Positions 9,448 through 18,203 of a stretch of DNA of 48,392 nt are shown in pieces. Position numbers and translations under genes: made by a program. Under the pieces are notes generated by a model that was given only the letters and a program-made list of their open reading frames with translations, was not told where the DNA came from and ran no database searches. The stretch's first letter is position 1; each line of letters begins with the position of its first letter. The stretch comes from Capsulimonadales bacterium. GTDB lineage: Bacteria; Armatimonadota; Armatimonadia; Armatimonadales; Armatimonadaceae. The DNA lies in assembly GCA_033762295.1 (NCBI GenBank), contig JANRLW010000002.1, positions 1 to 48,392 on the forward strand, given 5' to 3'.

Positions 9448-10080
9448 ATGCTGTCCGACGCCCGCCTTGCGTGGTTCCGACGTTATGATGAAACGCCCGA
9501 TGAACTCTTCTACCGGTCGCCGCGCCTGGTAACCCATATCGACGATCAAGCCATCCGGGCGGTGACGCAGCTTTACCGGGAGTTCTTTCCGCCCGGCGGA
9601 GCGATCCTGGACCTGATGAGCAGCTGGGTCAGTCACCTGCCGGAGGAGGTCCGCTATTCAAGGGTGGTCGGACTCGGCATGAACCGGGAAGAGCTGGCCG
9701 CCAACCCGCGACTGGACGAGTTCCTCGTTCAAAGTCTGAACGCGGACCCGGGTCTGCCGTTCGAGGACCACGCCTTTGACGGCTGCGGTATCTGTGTCTC
9801 CATCCAGTACCTGACCGATCCCGTCACCGTGCTGCGCGAGGTCGGACGCGCGCTCAACCCCGGCGCGCCGGTCGGGATCACTTTTTCCCACCGCTGTTTT
9901 CCGACCAAGGCGGTCGCCGTCTGGCAGCATCTCGACGATGCGGGGCATCGTGAACTGGTGATGCGCTATCTGTCGGACGCCGGACTCTGGGAACATATTC
10001 ACTCTCAGGACCGCTCGCCCGGACCGGGGTCCGATCCCCTTTACGCTGTCACGGCCCATCGGAAAAAAACGGGGGCATAA
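9448..10080 (+). CDS. Class I SAM-dependent methyltransferase
   Basis: DELFYRSPRLVTHIDD, ILDLMSSWVSHLP, GLGMNREEL, FSHRCFPTKA; AAGGGAG RBS before ATG 9448. Confidence 0.85.
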   Translation: MLSDARLAWFRRYDETPDELFYRSPRLVTHIDDQAIRAVTQLYREFFPPGGAILDLMSSWVSHLPEEVRYSRVVGLGMNREELAANPRLDEFLVQSLNADPGLPFEDHAFDGCGICVSIQYLTDPVTVLREVGRALNPGAPVGITFSHRCFPTKAVAVWQHLDDAGHRELVMRYLSDAGLWEHIHSQDRSPGPGSDPLYAVTAHRKKTGA

Positions 10081-10176
10081 AGGCCCATGTCGCGCCCGGA
10101 GCGATTGAGACTTCCGCCTCAGGTACGGCCGCGGCCCCGTTCGTAAAATAGGGGCATCCTGACATGGGCGGAGGGG

Positions 10177-10929
10177 ATGACCGTGAAGCATATCGGTTCG
10201 GTATTCGGGGTGCTGGTCGGTGTCGGCGTGATCGTGATCGCGTCCTGGGTCCTGGGGCTGGATGATCTGATCCGGGAGAGCCTGCTGCGCGGCCATCTTC
10301 CGGAGTGGGTTATGGGCGTGTTCTGCCTGCTCTGGCTGCTCCTGATCCTGAAAGCGCCCTGGGATCTGTATTTTCAGGCGCATGCGGTCGCGTTCGAACA
10401 GATGCGTTCACGGGAACGGGGAATGCGATTGCAACAGGGGCGCGAGGAGTACGTACGCACGGTCCGGGGGCGTCTGCTGGCGTTCGCCATCGGCGCACAC
10501 CTCTTGTCCGCCGCGTTCGTCACGACGGTAACGTACTTTCTGGGCGGGACCATCGGGTACTGGTTCGCCGGGTTCTATCTGGTATCCACACTGTTCCGAC
10601 CGGCGATTGCCGGGTATGCCTACCTGTGGGAGCGGCTGAAAGCGATCGGTCAGGAAGCCCGGTACCCGCGCGAGGATGTCGAGGAGATGCGGCAGCGACT
10701 GAACCACGCCGAGGCGAGCCTGGAACGGTATCGGGAGCAGGCCGCCGAACTGCAGACCGGTATCGCCGCTCTGCGGAGCGAAAAGGAGCGGGAGATCGTC
10801 GATCTGAACCATCGCCTGACCGATCTGTCGCACGAGTTCGAGCGGACGGTAGCTCGACTGACCGACAACCAGGAGGTCATCAAGGGAATCCAGGCGTTCG
10901 TCCGCCTGATCTCCCGTTCGGCGGCATAG
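10177..10929 (+). CDS. Hypothetical membrane protein with C-terminal coiled coil
   Basis: About 4 hydrophobic segments then E/R/L-rich heptads; GGAGGGG RBS. Confidence 0.75.
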   Translation: MTVKHIGSVFGVLVGVGVIVIASWVLGLDDLIRESLLRGHLPEWVMGVFCLLWLLLILKAPWDLYFQAHAVAFEQMRSRERGMRLQQGREEYVRTVRGRLLAFAIGAHLLSAAFVTTVTYFLGGTIGYWFAGFYLVSTLFRPAIAGYAYLWERLKAIGQEARYPREDVEEMRQRLNHAEASLERYREQAAELQTGIAALRSEKEREIVDLNHRLTDLSHEFERTVARLTDNQEVIKGIQAFVRLISRSAA

Positions 10930-10948
10930 GTGGGGCAGGCGGCGCCGA

Positions 10949-12325
10949 TCAGGCCGGCTTCCGACCGGACACCGGAATCGCGGGGAGGCTGCGCGCGCCC
11001 GTCCTCCCGACGGCGCGAACCGCGAAAAGATAATCGTCCTTCGCGAGGGGGAGAACCGCCTGCCCCACCGTCGCCGGGCAGAGACGGCTTCCCTCCCAGT
11101 CCGGAGCGGTCGTCTTACGCCAGAGGATTTCGATAAACGCGGATTCGACGGGCGATTCCCAGGAAAGGGTCGTGTCCGGCGAGAGGTCGCCTCTCAGGGT
11201 GACGCGTTTCGGAACCGGTGGCGCGGTCGCCAGGTCCGCGATGACGGCCAGATTCGCCCGGGCGACCTGCGCCAGATAACCGTAATCGACAAACTCCGGC
11301 AGATCGCCGTAGACGATCCCGTTCTCCGTCCTCAGGTCCTGGTGCTGGTGACGCCAGTCCTCGTTCGGTTCGGTGAAGCGGCAGGCGGCGAAACCCCGGT
11401 TCAGGAACGGAGTGTGGTCCCCGCCGCGCCCGTACCGGTCGTTCCGAAAGATCAGGGTCAGGGAAAACCCGCGCAGGTAGCGGCGCACGCTGTCGGCGGC
11501 GGCCCGTGCCAGGGTGCGCGAGCGTGTGTCGGCGTCCGTTCCGGTGGCGCGACGCCGCGCGGTTTGTGCCGTCGTCTCGGCGGGGTCGTATCCTGCGGAG
11601 AAGAGACGGAGTCGGTGGCTCTCCTTTTTACCGTTCTCGCCGCGCGAGTTGCCGACGATGTCGTTGGTGAACATGGCAACGACGTTCTTCCTTTCCCCGA
11701 CCATCCGTTCGGCCAGATGGTTCGCGCCGAGAAGGCCCTGTTCCTCGCCCGTCACCGCCGCAAAGACGATCGTACAGGGGTAGCGACGACCGGCCATCAG
11801 GCGCGCCAGTTCGAGCGTCACCGCGACCCCGGAGGCGTCATCGTTCGCGCCCGGGGCGGGGGCGGTCGCGTTCATCACATCGGTGACACGGGAATCGTAA
11901 TGTCCGCTGACCACGATCACGTCGTTCGGACGGCTCTCACCCGGAAGGATTGCCAGGACGTTGGTCAGAACCGCCGGCTCGGGAACCCGGGTTCCGGCGG
12001 GCTCGGTCCAGGTGTCCTTCTCCACCTGAAGACGATGACCATTGGCTTCCGAGACGGCTTTCAGCTCCCGATACAGCCAGTCCGCGGCGGCATCCGCTCC
12101 CGAGGCGCCGGAGAGCGTGTGTCGCGTCGGAAAGGCGGCCAGGGCGCGGACGGTCTTTTCCAGTCGGTCCCGACGGACGTGGCGAACGGCGTCCGCGACC
12201 CCCGGGTCAGTTTTGGGTGGCCGATCGTCGGCACGGACGAGGACACCGGTCGAAACAAAGAGCCATACGGACAGCCATACGAGCATGAAGGAAACGGACG
12301 ATACGAAGCGATAGGGAGCGCGCAT
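10949..12325 (-). CDS. Secreted M28 family metallopeptidase
   Basis: Signal peptide; SGHYDS, PGANDDASG, GEEQGLLG, NDIVG, GGDHTPF, HQHQD motifs. Confidence 0.9.
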   Translation of the reverse strand: MRAPYRFVSSVSFMLVWLSVWLFVSTGVLVRADDRPPKTDPGVADAVRHVRRDRLEKTVRALAAFPTRHTLSGASGADAAADWLYRELKAVSEANGHRLQVEKDTWTEPAGTRVPEPAVLTNVLAILPGESRPNDVIVVSGHYDSRVTDVMNATAPAPGANDDASGVAVTLELARLMAGRRYPCTIVFAAVTGEEQGLLGANHLAERMVGERKNVVAMFTNDIVGNSRGENGKKESHRLRLFSAGYDPAETTAQTARRRATGTDADTRSRTLARAAADSVRRYLRGFSLTLIFRNDRYGRGGDHTPFLNRGFAACRFTEPNEDWRHQHQDLRTENGIVYGDLPEFVDYGYLAQVARANLAVIADLATAPPVPKRVTLRGDLSPDTTLSWESPVESAFIEILWRKTTAPDWEGSRLCPATVGQAVLPLAKDDYLFAVRAVGRTGARSLPAIPVSGRKPA

Positions 12326-12457
12326 TCACAGGAGCCTTTCCGATGTTTGCGATTGTACTCGGAAACATCGGAAAAGCGGTTCTACGGGGAGGAATCCGAC
12401 ACGGGGCCGGGGAAATTCCGGTAAACGGTCGTTTACCAGGAACCGTCTCCGCTCGCC

Positions 12458-13657
12458 ATGCCTGATTATCTCATGCCGGGGGCATCGCCCGAAACCCTGA
12501 TCCGTGCGAATGCCGCCAACCATTTCGACTGGTTCGGCGACGGATTTCGGCGCGAAGACGGCGTCCGCTGGAAGGACGGACTGATCGCGTTTCCCCGTCC
12601 TCCCGCCGCCGTGGCCGGGGAACGCCTCGACGCGATCCTTGCCCGTCACCGGACACAGGAACCGCGGGAGATCGCCTGCTGGTCGCTTCTTCCGACCGTC
12701 CCGCGCGACCTCGGCGCACGCCTCCTCGCCCGCGGGTTCGACCGGGGCTGGCAGCCCCACTGGATGGCGCTGGACCTCGCCCGGAGGACCGATTTTGCCG
12801 CCCCGCCCGGCGTCACGATCACGCTCGATCACGAGGGCGAATGGGACGTCGAGGAACTGCCCTATCTTCGTAATACCCGTTTGCCACCGACCTCGCCGCG
12901 TCAGTATCGATTTGCGGCCCGAAAAGACGGGAGGATTGTCGGCCAGACTCTGCTCCACGTCACGACGGGAAGACTCGGCGTCGGCGGCATCTATAATGTC
13001 GGGGTGGTGCCGTCGGAGCGGGGTCGGGGGATCGGGCGGGCGATCACCGCGTTCGCCTGTCGTCATGCCGCCGCCCTCGGGTGTCACTATGCGGTGCTGA
13101 ACGCCGCCACGCATATCTACGACCGGATCGGATTCGTTTCGCTCGGGTACGGGCAGACGTGGTTCCTCCGTCCGGAAGTGCTTGTCGCCGAACCGCCGAC
13201 ACCGACACAGGTCGCCTTCTTCGAGGCAGCCGGTCGGGGAGATCGTCGCGCCCTCGGCATCCTGCGGGAAGCACATCCCGGTTTCGATCTCGATGCCCCG
13301 CTCGCCTCCGGAATGACCCTGCTGGAGACCGCCGTCCTGAGCGGGAAACCGGCGGCAGCCCGCTGGCTGATCGACCGGGGCGCGACTCCCGACATCATTT
13401 TCCTCTGGGAGTTGGGCCGGAGGGACGAGGCGGCGGCGACACTGGCCGCGCGTCCCGAACTCGCGAACCGCCCGGTCGGGCGGGACGGAATGACCCTGCT
13501 CCACTTTGCCGCCGCCCGCGATGACCGTGACCTGGCTCTGCTCGCCCTGTCGGCGAACCCTGACCGGACCGCGCGGGACCGTCGCTATAACGGCACCCCG
13601 CTCAACTGGGCCGAAATCCTCGGTCGCCACGAAATCGCCGGGCTGATTCGGGTATAA
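12458..13657 (+). CDS. GNAT acetyltransferase fused to ankyrin repeats
   Basis: YNVGVVPSERGRGIG acetyl-CoA motif, YDRIGF; GMTLLETAV, GMTLLHFAA, NGTPLNWA ankyrin motifs. Confidence 0.85.
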   Translation: MPDYLMPGASPETLIRANAANHFDWFGDGFRREDGVRWKDGLIAFPRPPAAVAGERLDAILARHRTQEPREIACWSLLPTVPRDLGARLLARGFDRGWQPHWMALDLARRTDFAAPPGVTITLDHEGEWDVEELPYLRNTRLPPTSPRQYRFAARKDGRIVGQTLLHVTTGRLGVGGIYNVGVVPSERGRGIGRAITAFACRHAAALGCHYAVLNAATHIYDRIGFVSLGYGQTWFLRPEVLVAEPPTPTQVAFFEAAGRGDRRALGILREAHPGFDLDAPLASGMTLLETAVLSGKPAAARWLIDRGATPDIIFLWELGRRDEAAATLAARPELANRPVGRDGMTLLHFAAARDDRDLALLALSANPDRTARDRRYNGTPLNWAEILGRHEIAGLIRV

Positions 13658-13687
13658 CCTGCCGGGAAACGGAAGGAGACGAAGGGA

Positions 13688-14674
13688 ATGGAGTACGTTC
13701 GACTGGGCAAGACCGGCATGAAGGTTTCACGTATCTGCCTCGGATGCATGAGCTATGCCGTCGGGGAACTCGGGGCGCACCCCTGGGCGTTGCCCGAAGA
13801 GGAGGGACGCCCGTTTCTGAAACGCGCGCTCGAACTGGGGATCAACTTCTTCGACACGGCCAATGTCTATTCGGCGGGTACCAGTGAGGAGATTCTCGGT
13901 CGCGCGATCCGGGACTTCGCCCGGCGCGACGAGATTGTCCTCGCCACCAAGGTCCACGGACGGATGCGTCCCGATGTCAACGGAGCGGGACTTTCCCGGA
14001 AAGCGATCCTGACCGAGATCGACCACAGCCTCCGCCGCCTCGGGACCGATTATGTCGATCTCTACCAGATCCACCGCTGGGACGCCGAAACCCCGATCGA
14101 GGAGACTCTGGAAGCCCTGCACGATGTCGTGAAAGCGGGTAAGGCGCGGTATATCGGAGCCTCGTCGATGCATGCCTGGCAGTTCTGCAAGGCGCTCTAT
14201 CTGGCGGACCTGCATGGCTGGACCCGTTTCGTCTCGATGCAGAACCACTATAACCTGCTCTATCGCGAGGAAGAGCGGGAGATGATGGGCCTCTGTCAGG
14301 CGGAAGGGATCGGGGTGATTCCGTGGAGTCCGCTGGCGCGCGGTCGGCTGGCCCGGCCCTGGGACGAACGCGGGAGCACCGAGCGCGCGGAGACCGATCA
14401 GTTCGGCAAGACGCTCTACCGGCGCACCGAGGACGCGGATCGCGAGGTGGTGACCCGTTTGCAGCAACTTTCCGAGACACGGGGCCTTCCGATGGCACAA
14501 ATCGCGACCGCCTGGATCCTGCAAAAGCCGTATATCACCGCGCCGATCCTCGGGGCGACGAAACCGCACCATTTGGAGGATGCCGTCGCCGCTCTGTCCG
14601 TCACGCTGACACCGGAGGAGGTCGCCTCGCTCGAGGAGCGGTACGTGCCTCATCCGGTGCTCGGGTTTTCGTAA
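13688..14674 (+). CDS. Aldo/keto reductase (YajO-like)
   Basis: CLGCMS, FFDTANVYS, SLRRLGTDYVDLYQIHRWD, SMQNHYNLLYREEE, IPWSPLARG; AAGGAG RBS. Confidence 0.95.
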   Translation: MEYVRLGKTGMKVSRICLGCMSYAVGELGAHPWALPEEEGRPFLKRALELGINFFDTANVYSAGTSEEILGRAIRDFARRDEIVLATKVHGRMRPDVNGAGLSRKAILTEIDHSLRRLGTDYVDLYQIHRWDAETPIEETLEALHDVVKAGKARYIGASSMHAWQFCKALYLADLHGWTRFVSMQNHYNLLYREEEREMMGLCQAEGIGVIPWSPLARGRLARPWDERGSTERAETDQFGKTLYRRTEDADREVVTRLQQLSETRGLPMAQIATAWILQKPYITAPILGATKPHHLEDAVAALSVTLTPEEVASLEERYVPHPVLGFS

Positions 14675-14677
14675 AAG

Positions 14678-16450
14678 TTACGGGGTTACAGGCGACAGGG
14701 TGACTTTTCCGGTTTTTCGGTCGATTCGCACCTCGGTTACGCCGTTCGGGGCAAGATTGGCTCCGGTACGGTCGAACGCACCGGTGAAACGACCGCGCAG
14801 AAGGACGGAGTCATCCTGTCGGGTCACCGTTGGCGCGCCGCCGACCGCTTTGGTCGCGTTGTACGGAAGCACCGTCACCACCTCGCCGCTGACCGGATTG
14901 AAGTAAATCAGCGCACCGGCAACGGGACCGGAATCGTTTCCACCGATCGCGTAGATGACATTATTTTCCCGCTTGTTGAGATAGCGCAGCGACGTGATGT
15001 TACTGGTTCCGGCAGTCACCGAGAACAGGAGAATGCCGTTGGTTCCCGTTTCATCGCTGAGAACCGAATTGATCCGCATGTCCTGGCGCGCGCCGGAGGC
15101 CGTATCCACCGATACAAAGCTACTGAACGCCGCGTCCCAGGTACCCGCCATTCCGTAAAGGAAGCCCGCGCAAGCGGAGGCGACTCTCCCACCGCTACCG
15201 ATCAATGTGCGAACGGTAGCGCCCGGTGTGGGTAACGGGGTTGGCGTCGGTGGGAATACCGGCAGGGAGTGAAGGGGCGAGAGCGAGACCGATCGTGCGC
15301 CATCGGCGATCAAACGTGTGCCGGAAGGCGAAAGAAGATTGTTCAAATAGGCTGCATATTGTCCGTTCTGATAGTCGGTCAGGTAAAGGAGCGGTGTATT
15401 AAAAGAAGAGTTACTCAACTGGTTTGCCCACTGCGGGCGGAAGTAGTTCGCTTCTCCGGGGAAGCCGGTTATGGCTTGCTGATCCTGTCCCTGTGAATCC
15501 ATCGTCCACATCTGACGGAACGATCCGGGCGTCGGGCTCTGCCGGATATAGACGACCGAGAAGCCGCTCAGGATATTTCCGATGTTGGGCACGCCCGGCT
15601 CGAATTCGTTGGCATCGGCGGTGGCGCTCAGGTTCCGGAGTTGAGAACCATCCGTGTGAATCCGCCAGATATCGTAGGTACCGCTACGGTTGCTACTGAA
15701 GAAGAGCGCCTTCCCATCCGGCGACCAGACGGGGTTTCGGTCCTCGCCCGCGTTATTGGTGAGGTTCGTGGCCCCGGTCCCGTTCGTATTCATCAAAAAG
15801 ATATCGCTATTTCCGGAGCGTCGGGAGACGAACGCGATTTTTGTTCCGTCCGGCGACCAGACGGGTTCGGTATCCACGGCGGCGTTATCGGTCAATCGGC
15901 GAACGTTGGTTCCGTCCGAGTTCATCGCATAGATTTCCGAATTGCCGTTTCGGTCGGAAACGAAGACGATTTGTTTGGCGTCCGGGGACCAGGCGGGAAG
16001 CGAATCGTTGGAGGATCCGTCGGTCAATCGATCGAAATCCAGGCTCGGATTACTCTGGTAAATTTCGGTCGGGTTTTTGCTGACGAAGATCGATTCCTTT
16101 CCAAACTGAACGGAGGAAAGTGCGTAGCGAGATCCGGACCAGGTGGTGGGTGTCGGGGAGGGAGTAGGATTGTTCGCCGTTCGCTCTACAATCGAGGTAA
16201 AGGTGGCACCGGCGATACCGGTGACGATGGAAGCGCCCCCGCGCTGAATGACCGGTGTCTGGGTGGTTCCTTCGGCGCGGGTTATAAAGGGGCCGATCGT
16301 TCGCTCCGTGCCCGAGACGGTCGGAGCGGAGGAGGAACCGCTCGAACCGCCACACCCGGCGACGAGCGAGACAGTGACGGCAATACTGACGGTGACCAGC
16401 GCGGCTTCCGGAAGCCAGCGCATCCGGCCGGAATCGATACGAAAAGGCAT
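14678..16450 (-). CDS. Lipoprotein with TolB-like PD40 beta-propeller
   Basis: Lipobox LVAG|C; repeats [42 protein letters not shown]; Pro/Thr linkers; CAGGAG RBS. Confidence 0.85.
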   Translation of the reverse strand: MPFRIDSGRMRWLPEAALVTVSIAVTVSLVAGCGGSSGSSSAPTVSGTERTIGPFITRAEGTTQTPVIQRGGASIVTGIAGATFTSIVERTANNPTPSPTPTTWSGSRYALSSVQFGKESIFVSKNPTEIYQSNPSLDFDRLTDGSSNDSLPAWSPDAKQIVFVSDRNGNSEIYAMNSDGTNVRRLTDNAAVDTEPVWSPDGTKIAFVSRRSGNSDIFLMNTNGTGATNLTNNAGEDRNPVWSPDGKALFFSSNRSGTYDIWRIHTDGSQLRNLSATADANEFEPGVPNIGNILSGFSVVYIRQSPTPGSFRQMWTMDSQGQDQQAITGFPGEANYFRPQWANQLSNSSFNTPLLYLTDYQNGQYAAYLNNLLSPSGTRLIADGARSVSLSPLHSLPVFPPTPTPLPTPGATVRTLIGSGGRVASACAGFLYGMAGTWDAAFSSFVSVDTASGARQDMRINSVLSDETGTNGILLFSVTAGTSNITSLRYLNKRENNVIYAIGGNDSGPVAGALIYFNPVSGEVVTVLPYNATKAVGGAPTVTRQDDSVLLRGRFTGAFDRTGANLAPNGVTEVRIDRKTGKVTLSPVTP

Positions 16451-16618
16451 GCTTGTCTCTCCTGGGCAGTAACGCGGAAGAAAAGAAATTGGGAATACTG
16501 GAAAAGCGGCGAGCTATGGGGATGCGTTGATAAGACGTCCTGAGAAGTATTGTAGCGAATAAGAAGACTTGCTGCCAGTTGACAAATTTTCGAAGGGGGG
16601 AAAATTTATCGATCCTGG

Positions 16619-18202
16619 TCAGGGACCGAGGGCGATGGCTTCCTGCAAGGTGCGGGTATAGAGGCGGTTGTTGGCGAGAGCGAACGGGGTCAGACTCCAG
16701 GTGCGCCCGGCCGGCCCGAGATCGTTGACCGAAAGCAACGATCCGGCATCCAGAGTTTTCGCGTTGCCGTTGATCACATAGGTCACGCCGAGCATGGTCG
16801 TGAAATAGACTTTGTTGTCCGCCGCAATCGGCGCGGGCAGAAAGTTCCAGTGCCAGCCGTCGCGCCGGGAACGCGGGTCTCCGGCCACATCGAATCCCCG
16901 TCGGTTCTTCGTCTCCGTGGTCTGCGGCGTGTTCCAGACCGGGCGGTCCGGTTCGCCGGGGTTCCGAATCACCTGCACCGGCAGTTCCAGATACTCGACC
17001 TTGCCGGTCTCGATCCCGACACGCCCGACACAGTAGGGCGGGCCGACCTTCGTCTCCGCGTCCGTGAAACAGAGGAAATAGTGCCAGCCGCCCACCGGAA
17101 GGTTCGTATACCAGGCCGGAAAGACCCGGTACGCGGGCGAACGCTTCGACAGGTCGATCCCCGATTCGAGAACGTAGGTCTCCGCTTCCGGATCGTACCG
17201 CCGGTAATCGACCTTTTCGCTCAGGGACTGCGTGCGCAATAGATTCCCGGTCTCGATGTCGAAGACCTGATGCCGGGCGTTGTCAAGGTCGAACCAGTAG
17301 GCGTACTTCGAGTCCCAGTGCATATTGTAAAGGGCTTTTCCGGTCGCTTCGAACCGTCGGATCGCCCGACCTTCCCGACCGGGCGCGAGCGAGGTCAGCG
17401 TCATGCCGACCGGCGATTCCGGGACGTCGTGATAGCCACCCCGCCCGTGCAGGATCGCCCAGGAACCGTCCTTGCGCTTGCCCGGAATCGGAGTGTTGTA
17501 GTGCGTCAGGGCGTCCTCGGAAATCCAGAGCGTTTTGCCGGTATGTTTGTCCAGTCCGCGCAGGTAGTTCCAGGGATCTTTCTCGCGTTTCGGGTCGTTC
17601 TCGTCGCGCGGTTCCATGGTGATCAGCGTCTCGCCGAGAAGAAACGGTTTGAACTGCTTGTTGAACGGCCGACCGCCGGTCGGTTTCCAGGTGCGCAGCC
17701 AGACCTTTTTGCCGTCGAGACGGTAGCAACCGACGCTGCCGCTGGCATTGAAGAACCAGACATGGACCCCGTCGGTGACCGGCGACGGAGTGGTGGAATC
17801 GCTGAACCCGTAGGCGTAGGTCGATGGCTCCGTGCCGGGCAGTGGCACCGACCAGAGAATCTTGCCGGAGAACGCGTCCAGACAGTGCCCGACGATATCC
17901 GCGCCCTCCTTCGGGGCGTCCGCCGACTCCAGAGGCTTCATGGTGGTAAGAAAGATCAGGTTTTCCCAGACGGCCAGTCCGCCCTGCCCGGCCTCGGGTA
18001 GCGGGACGGTCCAGGCGACATTGTCATTCCGGGCGACGCTCCAGAGGATCGGCGCTTTCCGTTTCGTCCGCCCGTTGCCGTCCGGGCCGAAGCCCTGCGG
18101 CCAGATGTCCGACGGCGGACCGGCGGAGACCGGCAGAAGGGCGGCGATGGCGAGGCCGAGGGTCTCGCGGCGAGTCAGGCGTTCCGAAGGAGCGGTACTC
18201 AT
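16619..18202 (-). CDS. Tat-exported PQQ-binding-like beta-propeller protein
   Basis: LTRRETLGL twin-arginine-like motif; WPQGFGP, WTVPLP, CLDAFSGKILW, SPVTDG, GLDKHTGKTLW, TPFALANNRLYTRT. Confidence 0.8.
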   Translation of the reverse strand: MSTAPSERLTRRETLGLAIAALLPVSAGPPSDIWPQGFGPDGNGRTKRKAPILWSVARNDNVAWTVPLPEAGQGGLAVWENLIFLTTMKPLESADAPKEGADIVGHCLDAFSGKILWSVPLPGTEPSTYAYGFSDSTTPSPVTDGVHVWFFNASGSVGCYRLDGKKVWLRTWKPTGGRPFNKQFKPFLLGETLITMEPRDENDPKREKDPWNYLRGLDKHTGKTLWISEDALTHYNTPIPGKRKDGSWAILHGRGGYHDVPESPVGMTLTSLAPGREGRAIRRFEATGKALYNMHWDSKYAYWFDLDNARHQVFDIETGNLLRTQSLSEKVDYRRYDPEAETYVLESGIDLSKRSPAYRVFPAWYTNLPVGGWHYFLCFTDAETKVGPPYCVGRVGIETGKVEYLELPVQVIRNPGEPDRPVWNTPQTTETKNRRGFDVAGDPRSRRDGWHWNFLPAPIAADNKVYFTTMLGVTYVINGNAKTLDAGSLLSVNDLGPAGRTWSLTPFALANNRLYTRTLQEAIALGP

Positions 18203-18203
18203 A

